DNA from: an uncultured Acidobacteriota bacterium
GTDB taxonomy: Bacteria; Acidobacteriota; Thermoanaerobaculia; Multivoradales; JAGPDF01
Assembly (NCBI GenBank): GCA_963700315.1
Contig: CAVOXC010000017.1
Span: forward strand, 28,062-92,061
Direction of reading: 5' to 3'
DNA: 64,000 nucleotides
Shown piece by piece: positions 40,618 to 47,706 of this stretch. The notes below the pieces were generated by a model, which made no database searches, was not told the DNA's origin, and saw only the letters and a list, made by a program, of their open reading frames with translations. A program made the translations under genes and the position numbers. Each line of letters starts with the position of its first letter. The first letter of the stretch is position 1.

Positions 40618-41649
40618 TCAGCCGCCGAGCCCGGGCCGGTGGTGGATGGTGATCCCGGTGCGGCCGAGGGCGCGGTCGATGTAGACCGCCACCGCCGCCT
40701 CGCCGCCGCCGGCGAGCTCGACGATGAAGAGCCTCGGATCGCCGAAGAGCTCGGAGTCGTCGTAACCGTCGGCAAGGTACGGATCCAGCGCGCTGTGCCC
40801 CGCGGCCTGGGCGAGCGCCGCCGCCTGCTGCTCGGGCGTCGCGTTCGGGTTCGCCGCCATCGCGCCCATCATCTTCTCGGCCATCGCCATCGCCTTCGCC
40901 ATCTGATCGGCCGAGGGCATGCCGTCCTCGGAGTCCGCCTCGTCGTCGCTCGAAGCGTCCTCGCCCGCGCTCTCGACCTCCTGGCGAAACTGCGCCGGCG
41001 TGAACGGTCCGCGCCCCTTCTTCGACAGCGCCCCGAGGAGCTTCGCGGGCGCCTCCGCGGTCGAGTAAGTGGCGCGCCCGTCGGCGGCGTCGCTGGCGAA
41101 GTAGAGGTAGACAGCGTCACTCGGGAGCGCGACCCCGAGCTTGGGCGCCGGCGGAACGGCGTCGGGGGTGAGGGCGGCCTCGTTCCCCCGGTCGAAAGCG
41201 TCCGCGCGGTGCGCGAGCCGTTGCGCCGACTCGTCGTTGCTGCCGCGCAGAGCGTGCAGAGCGGCGGCGCGGACCGCGGCGACCGGATCGTCGAGCAGCT
41301 CGGCGAGAATCGGCGTCGCGCTGGCCGTGGCGTAGGGCTGCGCGAGGGCGTCGGCCGCGGCCGCGCGCAGCTCGGGAGAGCCCGAGTCGGCGGCGCGCGT
41401 CGCGAGCGAGGTCGCGAGCTCCGGCCGGTAGCGCGCCAGCGCGACGAGCCGTTGCGCGGCCGCGCGGCCGGCCGCGCCGAGCTCCTCGACGCAGGCCGGA
41501 GAGGTGCGGGCGGCGCAGGCCGCCGCGAGCCGGTCGGTGGCGTACTCGATGCCGATCGGTTGCACGAAGCGCTCGCTGGCCGGGGCCGGGGCGGCGGTGA
41601 GGGCGATCAGAAGAGCGGCGAGATAGACCGAGGCGTTGGAACGAGTCAT
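40618..41649 (-). CDS. Secreted HEAT/ARM-like repeat protein with an acidic segment
   Basis: Start MTRSNASVYLAALLIALTAAPAPASE (signal; codon 39 of ORF 40618..41763). HEAT-like units (ILAELLDDPVAAVRAAALHALRG). An acidic stretch AGEDASSDDEADSEDGMPSADQMAKAMAMAEKMM. Start is 2 nt after the upstream gene's stop. Confidence 0.55.
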   Translation of the reverse strand: MTRSNASVYLAALLIALTAAPAPASERFVQPIGIEYATDRLAAACAARTSPACVEELGAAGRAAAQRLVALARYRPELATSLATRAADSGSPELRAAAADALAQPYATASATPILAELLDDPVAAVRAAALHALRGSNDESAQRLAHRADAFDRGNEAALTPDAVPPAPKLGVALPSDAVYLYFASDAADGRATYSTAEAPAKLLGALSKKGRGPFTPAQFRQEVESAGEDASSDDEADSEDGMPSADQMAKAMAMAEKMMGAMAANPNATPEQQAAALAQAAGHSALDPYLADGYDDSELFGDPRLFIVELAGGGEAAVAVYIDRALGRTGITIHHRPGLGG

Positions 41650-41651
41650 GG

Positions 41652-42479
41652 TCACTTCCCCTGCCGCGGTCGCGCGAGCGGGCTCTTTGGCGCCGGCTTC
41701 GGCGGGCCGTTGGCGATGATCGAGTCGATCAGATAGCCGAGCAGCTCGGCGTTCCTGTCCCACGGCAGCTTGGCGCTGTCACACGAGCGCTCCTTGCAAG
41801 CGAGCGCTGACTGCAGGCGAACCTGCTCGAGCGTCGAGATCTCGGCGTCGTACCCGGGCACCTCGCCCGCGGCAACCTGAGCTGGAGTCAGCGCCTTGGT
41901 CTGCCCCGCCTCGTGTCGTGCCTTGCAGTCCGCGACGTGCTTCTCTTCGTGGGCCCTGGTCGCGAGCCCGATCCCCTCACAGGCGGCGACTTTCGGGATG
42001 AGGTCCATGGCGTTGGCGTTGGCCACGCAGTTCTCGATATCGGTCTTGACGCTGTAGCTGGTCCCGAGCAGCCTGCCGGCGTCGTCGCGACGGACGATGA
42101 AGCCGGCCGACTGGAATGCGCGCGACTCGGCGTAGCACTGGTCCTTGGTCGGGATGAAGTAGTTGCAGGTGTCGAGGCCGTCGAGCGACGCGACCCGGAT
42201 CGCCTCGGCGGCGGCGCCCATCTTCTTCTCCTCGGCCTCGTAGTCGGCGAGCGTCAGGTTCTTCCGTTTGGCGATCTGGCGGTAGAACTCCTGCTGGTAC
42301 TTGGCCTTGAGGATCTCGGCCTCGAGGCAGGCGAGCTTGCAGCAGTCAGCGCAGCTCTGCGGCTGCGCCTCCTTGCAGTCGGGCGCCATCGACTGCGCCC
42401 TGGTGGGCGAGGGAGCGACCGCCGCGGCGAGGACGCCGATCAGCAAGAGGGCCGCGCGCGGTCGGGTGGAGGGGTTCAT
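41652..42479 (-). CDS. Hypothetical secreted cysteine-containing protein. Lower GC than its neighbours
   Basis: Start MNPSTRPRAALLLIGVLAAAVAPSPTRAQS (signal). Lys-rich and Cys-containing (CKEAQPQSCADCCKLAC...). Its start overlaps the upstream gene's stop by 4 nt (ATGA). Confidence 0.55.
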   Translation of the reverse strand: MNPSTRPRAALLLIGVLAAAVAPSPTRAQSMAPDCKEAQPQSCADCCKLACLEAEILKAKYQQEFYRQIAKRKNLTLADYEAEEKKMGAAAEAIRVASLDGLDTCNYFIPTKDQCYAESRAFQSAGFIVRRDDAGRLLGTSYSVKTDIENCVANANAMDLIPKVAACEGIGLATRAHEEKHVADCKARHEAGQTKALTPAQVAAGEVPGYDAEISTLEQVRLQSALACKERSCDSAKLPWDRNAELLGYLIDSIIANGPPKPAPKSPLARPRQGK

Positions 42480-43930
42480 TTCGGAGAGCTCCTTTCGAAC
42501 ATCTGATTCGCCTGCCGCCGGATGCGGAGGGCGGTGAGCGCGCAACGCGCGTTGGAGTGCGCCGGATCGATCGCGAGGGCGCGCTCGAGCGCGCCCTCGG
42601 CCGGGTCGAGCCGCTCAGCGAGCATCAGCTCGATCCCCAGGTTGAGCCAGGGCCGGGCCCGGCCCGGCGCCTTCGCGGCGGCGTCGGACCAGAGCGCGGC
42701 GGGATCGGAGTAGAGACGCGCCCGCTCGTGCGCTCGCAGGGCGAGCGAGGTCGTCGGCAGCAGGAAGAGCAGACCGCCGACCGCGACCCGGGCGACGCGA
42801 GCGGCGCCGCCGACCGACGACCATGGCCGGCGGCTGAGAGCGCGCACGACGCCGGCCGCGAGCGCCGCGAGCGGCACCAGCGTGGCGAGATAGAGGGGGC
42901 GCGCCGACACCGGGTCGAGCCGCCAGATCACGGAGTTGGTCGGCGCGAGGGCGAGCAGCGCCCAGCCGCAGGCGAAGGCCGCGAGCGGCAGCCGGTGGCG
43001 CGCCACGAACGCGAAGGCTGTCGTCGCGGCGAGCAGCGCCAGTCGCAGCAGCGTCGCGGGCGCGCTCCAGGGCAGGTCCATGGTGGGGGCCGGATCGATC
43101 GAGATCCGCCCGGGCTCGAGCCAGAGCCGCACGATGTCGAAGAGCGCGAAGACGTTGCCGCGCAGCGCCGCGAGCGGCGGGCGCACGGCGAAGCTGTAGG
43201 CGAGGAGCTCGCGATGCCGCGCTGAGAGCGCGAGAGCCACCGCCGCGAGCAGTACCCCGGCGAGCAGGGGCAGCTGGCGGCGCAGAGCCGCCGCGCGGCT
43301 CTCGCCTGTGCCGAGGGTCGCCTGCCAGAGCAGGCCGAGCGCCGGCAGAACGAGCGCGGTCTCGCGCGCGAGCGGCGCGGCGAGGGCGAGGAGCGCGGCG
43401 AGCCCGGCGACGGCCAGCCCGGGCGGTCGATCGTCCGTGACCAGGAGCAGGGCGGCGAGCAGGAGCAGGGTCGAGAGCAGCACCGAGCGTCCGGTCACCG
43501 GCGCCACCGCTTCGACCACCGCCGGGTGGAGTGCCCAGAGGGCGGCGGCGAGCGCGCCGACAAGCTCGACGCGGGGCGCGCCGGCGCGGCGAGCGAGCCG
43601 CCGCGCGAGCAGGAAGGCGGCGAGCGCGCAAGCGAGATGGAGGGCGAGATTGACCGCATGGAACGGACGCGCCGCGGCGCCGGTGGTCGCGCGCTGGAGC
43701 GCATAGGTCGCCTTGAGCAGAGGGCGGTTGGTGCGGCCGAGCGCCGGCAGGAATCCCTCGGGGCTCGCGGCGGCGTTGTCGAGGACGTCGACCTGGTCGT
43801 CGAAGATGAAGCCGGCGTCGAGAGTGGGTGCCAGAGCGGCGCCGACCGCGACGAGCAGAAGAGTCGCCATGAGCGCGGTTTCGCGCAGGGTCGGGAGCGG
43901 AAGCAAGGTGCGGGGCCGCGTGCGCGCCAT
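42476..43930 (-). CDS. Polytopic membrane protein with a C-terminal TPR domain (TMTC/O-mannosyltransferase-like architecture)
   Basis: About 10 predicted TM helices (LMATLLLVAVGAAL..., LALHLACALAAFLLA, LLLLAALLLV, LAALLALAAPLA, LLAGVLLAAVALAL ...). C-terminal TPR-like helices (AKAPGRARPWLNLGIELMLAERLDPAEGALERALAIDPAH). Conserved early loop FIFDDQVDVLDNAA. Confidence 0.65.
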   Translation of the reverse strand: MARTRPRTLLPLPTLRETALMATLLLVAVGAALAPTLDAGFIFDDQVDVLDNAAASPEGFLPALGRTNRPLLKATYALQRATTGAAARPFHAVNLALHLACALAAFLLARRLARRAGAPRVELVGALAAALWALHPAVVEAVAPVTGRSVLLSTLLLLAALLLVTDDRPPGLAVAGLAALLALAAPLARETALVLPALGLLWQATLGTGESRAAALRRQLPLLAGVLLAAVALALSARHRELLAYSFAVRPPLAALRGNVFALFDIVRLWLEPGRISIDPAPTMDLPWSAPATLLRLALLAATTAFAFVARHRLPLAAFACGWALLALAPTNSVIWRLDPVSARPLYLATLVPLAALAAGVVRALSRRPWSSVGGAARVARVAVGGLLFLLPTTSLALRAHERARLYSDPAALWSDAAAKAPGRARPWLNLGIELMLAERLDPAEGALERALAIDPAHSNARCALTALRIRRQANQMFERSSPK

Positions 43931-44109
43931 CGACGACTCGGGTCCGGAGTCGAAGCTCGGGCGGGACGCTAGCTCAGATTCCTGCCGGCGGCGAGAGGGG
44001 GGACATGAGGCGGTTCCGAGGCGGCGCCAGACGCCCGGATGGGATCATGCTCTGGCTGTATATAGTCAAGCCGAGGTCAACAACCGCCGCAGGCGAGGGG
44101 AGGGCCATC

Positions 44110-44607
44110 ATGAGCAAGCGTCGGAGCTTGGTTCTTGTCGGCATGTGCGGAGTCTTGGCATTCGGCGCTTTGCCATCGTTCGGCGCCGACACTGTCGACA
44201 TCGTTCGGGTCCGACCCGCGTCGCGAATCATCCGGGGGGTCACGACGGGAACGGTCTCGCATCGTCCGGGTGAGTTCATCGAGATCACCGTGCGCTACAA
44301 CCTCGAGTCGGATTGCCCGCAGACTGGTCGCGCGGGAACGCTCCGCGGCTACTGGGGTCTCGACACGGATGGTCCGCTGCCGTTCGACATCCTGCCCGGA
44401 CCCGGTTCTGAGATCGATCAGCCCATTGCAAGAACCGGACGTGGGCAGTACAAGTTCCGTTGGTCGTTCCAGTGTCACCCGGGCGCGCCGCCGTTGGTGA
44501 CGGGCTACATCTGGAATCTCGGAGCCTCGCTCTCGTGCTCGACAGGCGAGCTCGACTTTGTCGAGCCGCTGCTCGGCCTCGACTACTGGATCATCGACTG
44601 CAGCTGA
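44110..44607 (+). CDS. Hypothetical secreted protein (165 aa), Cys-containing
   Basis: MSKRRSLVLVGMCGVLAFGALPSFGADT is a signal peptide. Internal ATG (codon 36) of ORF 44005..44607. Confidence 0.55.
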   Translation: MSKRRSLVLVGMCGVLAFGALPSFGADTVDIVRVRPASRIIRGVTTGTVSHRPGEFIEITVRYNLESDCPQTGRAGTLRGYWGLDTDGPLPFDILPGPGSEIDQPIARTGRGQYKFRWSFQCHPGAPPLVTGYIWNLGASLSCSTGELDFVEPLLGLDYWIIDCS

Positions 44608-44772
44608 GGCGCGGTCCATCGAGGGTCGCCGCGGCCCGCCCCGCTCCCCTCGCGGCTGCCAGGAGACGTCGAGAGAGGACGACCGCCCGCTGGCTCAGGG
44701 CGCCGCGGCCGACCAAGCCGACTTGTCGCCCCTCGCGAAGTTGTCGATCAGCAGAACGTCGATCTGCACTTG

Positions 44773-44796
44773 CTAGGTGGCTGGCACCTCGCGGAC
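44773..44796 (+). repeat. Copy of the motif in extended form (CTAGGTGGCTGGCACCTCGCGGACTTGG)
   Basis: tgctaggtggctggcacctcgcggacttgg. Same 5' context CTAGGTGG as the copy at 16927. Confidence 0.65.
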
Positions 44797-45175
44797 TTGG
44801 GTCGAGGAGCTGCCGAGCCTCGCCGCCGAGGAAGCCGATCCCGAGCGCCGAGCGGGGGCGCACGCCGAGCTCGCGCGCGAGGCGGTCGGCGCGAGCCTGC
44901 CCACGCTGACGGAGGCGGATTCGCGGGTCCCGCCCGACGCCGAGAAGGCGGCGCTCGTGGCCACGCGCCGGCTCTTGCGGCGGCGTTCCTGGCTCATGGC
45001 CGGCGCCATTTTCACCACACTGTTGCCGCTCTCGAGCGCCGGCAACGACGACGGTCTTCAGTTCTTCCTGCTCCGCGACGCTCCGGTGACCGCAGCGCTC
45101 TCGCTGGCCGCCGCAACGATCCTCTGGGCCGCGTTCCGACACGTCTCCAGGAGGCTGCGCGTGACCGGGCTCTGA
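44777..45175 (+). CDS. Possible small membrane protein (132 aa). Its GTG start lies inside a copy of the recurrent GGTGGCTGGCACC motif
   Basis: Frame 44777..45175 has about 89% GC3 over 133 codons, which is coding-like bias. TAG sits immediately upstream in frame. Two C-terminal hydrophobic helices (WLMAGAIFTTLLPL; AALSLAAATILWAAF). No recognisable domain. Confidence 0.35.
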   Translation: MAGTSRTWVEELPSLAAEEADPERRAGAHAELAREAVGASLPTLTEADSRVPPDAEKAALVATRRLLRRRSWLMAGAIFTTLLPLSSAGNDDGLQFFLLRDAPVTAALSLAAATILWAAFRHVSRRLRVTGL

Positions 45176-45278
45176 CCCTCGCCTCTCGAGCGCCGAGCCA
45201 CCGCCCTCGCGATCCCTTCGAACGCGACGGCGCCGCTCGAGAAGTGCCCGATGAATGCCTCGATCAGCGGCGACGAGC

Positions 45279-46847
45279 TCAGTCGGGTACGAGCTCGGGA
45301 GAGACTGCCGCCCTCGGTCCGGGCGCCGCGCCGAGCTCCAACAGGGACAGGGAGCGGTGGAAGGAACGCAAGCGGACTGGAATTGAGTTCTCCGCCAGGA
45401 GCCTCAACACCGCGGGAGAGCGCCGCTCGGGCACGAGGAGCAGCGGCAGCGCCTCGCCGTCTCGAATCTCGCGGACCTCCTCGGTCAGGGATTCGGGCAG
45501 CACGAAGAACGGGTAGGGAACGGGCAGCGCCGTCACCTGCTCCAGGTGCCGATAGCCGTAGAAGGCGAGCCCGTTCCTCTTCGTGTCGACGGTGACCAGG
45601 AGCTGAGTCGTCGGGATGCCCCATTGCCGCAGCGCTCGAGCGGTCCTTCGGGCGTCGCGCGCATGGTCGACGAAGGCTACGCCACCCTTGACACCGATCA
45701 GGAGGAGCAGCCAGGCGGTAGCGATCGCGGCCGGCGCGAGAGCTCGACGGCGCGCTGGGCGCCCCCGGACCGGCCGCTTCCGGCTCAGGCCGTGGGCGGT
45801 GGCGAGGGCGATCGGGGCGAACAGCGGCAGGACATAGAGCGGGAGCCGCGACCTGGCGGCGACGAAGACCACGAGCGGAACGACGAACCAGAGCAGGACG
45901 AGCAGCGGGATCGGACGGCGGTGGAGGCGGATCCAGACCGCACGCCTGGGGATTCGCGCGGACCGGCGGAACCGGAAAGCCCAGGCGGCGCTCCAGGGCA
46001 GGGCGCCGACAAGCAGCGTCGGCAGGTAGACGAGAACGCCTCCGAGCGGGCCGCTGTTGCGCGCGTAGTCGCCGGAGAAGAGCCGGCCGACCACCTGATT
46101 GTGGATCATGTACTCGAGGCCGCCATCGAGCCGGGAGGACACCAGCCAGTACCAAGGTAGGACGAGGGCCAGAGCGATCGCCGCCGCGGCGCCGAGGCCG
46201 GGCTCGAAGAGCCGCGCCAGGGAGCGCCGCCGCAGCGCGGCATGAATGACCAGCGGCGCGGCGAGAACCAGCATTGCCGGCCCCTTGGCCAGAGCGCCCA
46301 GGCCCAGCGCCACCCCCAGCAGCGCGCCCCACCGCAGCCGGCGGCTCGGGTCCGTCGCCTCCTCCAGGCGCCAGAAGAAGTAGTAGGCGAGAGCGGCGGC
46401 GAACGCCAGAGGGGTGTCCGGGGTGAGTACGTTGGCGGCCAGGAAAGGCGCCGACGAGCTGGCGTAGACGAGGACCGCGAGAAGGCCCGCCCGGCGCCCC
46501 CACCAGCGCCCGGCGAGCGCCCCCAGAACCAGCGCGGTCGCCGCGAACCAGAGGGCGTGGGGCGCGCGCGCGGCCCACTCGTTCACGCCGAGGAGGCTCA
46601 TCGCTCCGGCCATCGTCCAGTACAACAGGGGCGGCTTGTCGAGGAACGGCTCGCCGTTCAGGCGCGGCACCGTCCAGTCGCCCGAGTGCAGCATGCCGAC
46701 GGCGACGTTGGTGTAGAAGCCCTCATCGGGTTCCCAGATCCCCCGTGACCCCTGAAAACAGAAGGCGGCGAGAAGAACGACGAGCGCCGCTCCGAGCCAG
46801 GCGGACGACCTGCGCGAGTCGCCGAGGGCGGTTGGAGACCCTTGCAT
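45279..46847 (-). CDS. ArnT/PMT-family (GT39/GT83-like) membrane glycosyltransferase
   Basis: Start MQGSPTALGDSRRSSAWLGAALVVLLAAF (codon 98 of ORF 45279..47138). Conserved N-terminal loop EPDEGFYTNVAVGMLHSGDWTVPRLNGEPFLDKPPLLYW is typical of ArnT/PMT glycosyltransferases. About 11 TM helices and a soluble C-terminal domain. Confidence 0.75.
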   Translation of the reverse strand: MQGSPTALGDSRRSSAWLGAALVVLLAAFCFQGSRGIWEPDEGFYTNVAVGMLHSGDWTVPRLNGEPFLDKPPLLYWTMAGAMSLLGVNEWAARAPHALWFAATALVLGALAGRWWGRRAGLLAVLVYASSSAPFLAANVLTPDTPLAFAAALAYYFFWRLEEATDPSRRLRWGALLGVALGLGALAKGPAMLVLAAPLVIHAALRRRSLARLFEPGLGAAAAIALALVLPWYWLVSSRLDGGLEYMIHNQVVGRLFSGDYARNSGPLGGVLVYLPTLLVGALPWSAAWAFRFRRSARIPRRAVWIRLHRRPIPLLVLLWFVVPLVVFVAARSRLPLYVLPLFAPIALATAHGLSRKRPVRGRPARRRALAPAAIATAWLLLLIGVKGGVAFVDHARDARRTARALRQWGIPTTQLLVTVDTKRNGLAFYGYRHLEQVTALPVPYPFFVLPESLTEEVREIRDGEALPLLLVPERRSPAVLRLLAENSIPVRLRSFHRSLSLLELGAAPGPRAAVSPELVPD

Positions 46848-47128
46848 CGATCGATCGCTCCCCTTTCTTCCCGACAGTCGAGAACTCGCGGCGGCCGACG
46901 GTGGGCCGGTGGGGCCGTAGCCGAACCGGAGCGCGCGATTCCGGCCGCTTGGAGCGTGAGATGCAGAGGTTCGCTGAATCCTTCGCCGCGGAGGTGCGGG
47001 CAGCCTGCGGTGGCAACGAGCGGGGCGGCGGAAGGGGGGGTCCGCTCCGGCTCGAGCGAGGAGGGGACGTCTGCCACTATGATGATGGGGAAGCCGAGGG
47101 AACGCCACCAAACGACGAGGGGAACCGC

Positions 47129-47497
47129 ATGCAACCAAAGAGCACGATCGGCAAGAAGATCGCGGCGATCGCCAAGGTCGCTGACGAGCAGTCGCAAAAG
47201 GCCGGCGCCGCGGCGGGCAAGCAGCTCGACAAGGCGAAGAAGGTCGCCGGCGAGAAGCTCGGCGCGGCGAGGAAGAGCGCCGGCAAGAAGCTCGGCGAGG
47301 TGAAGGTCGCCGCGAGCAAGAAGGTCGCGAAGGCGAAGAAGGACTGGCAGGAGATGGACCCGAAGAAGAAGAAGAAGGTCGTCGCCGGAGGCGTCGCCGC
47401 CGCCGCCGTCGCCGCCGCCATCGCGATTCCGATCGCCGTCAAGAAAGCGCGCGCGAAGAAGCGCGCGAAGGCGGCCAAGACGACCAAGACGGCCTGA
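47129..47497 (+). CDS. Small Lys/Ala-rich protein with a C-terminal TM helix (122 aa)
   Basis: MQPKSTIGKKIAAIAKVADEQSQKAGAAAGKQLDKAKKVAGEKLGAARKSAGKKLGEVKVAASKK...VVAGGVAAAAVAAAIAIPIAV. RBS-like GAGGGG upstream. The longer ORF 46745..47497 has a junk N-part. Confidence 0.5.
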   Translation: MQPKSTIGKKIAAIAKVADEQSQKAGAAAGKQLDKAKKVAGEKLGAARKSAGKKLGEVKVAASKKVAKAKKDWQEMDPKKKKKVVAGGVAAAAVAAAIAIPIAVKKARAKKRAKAAKTTKTA

Positions 47498-47706
47498 GGC
47501 CGCGCGCGACGGCGCTCGTCACCTTCGACTTCGGCCCCACGCGCTGGGAGCGGGTGCCCTAGGCAGCGTTGGCTGTCGGCCCGCCGTCACGGAACCGGAG
47601 ATCGAGGTTCTCGGCGGGCCGGAATCGGGAGGCGGAGACCCCGCGCCGCCGGCGGCGAACCCCCCGGAGAGTAGACTGCCCTGAGCAATCAAGACTGGAG
47701 CGAAGG

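Noticed and set aside
1159-44796. Interpreting the TGGCAC core of the recurrent motif as sigma-54 -24 elements
   Set aside because: None of the eight copies has the TTGC/GC -12 element at the required 4-5 nt spacing. Every copy is on the + strand regardless of the orientation of the downstream gene, and most flanking genes are on the minus strand.
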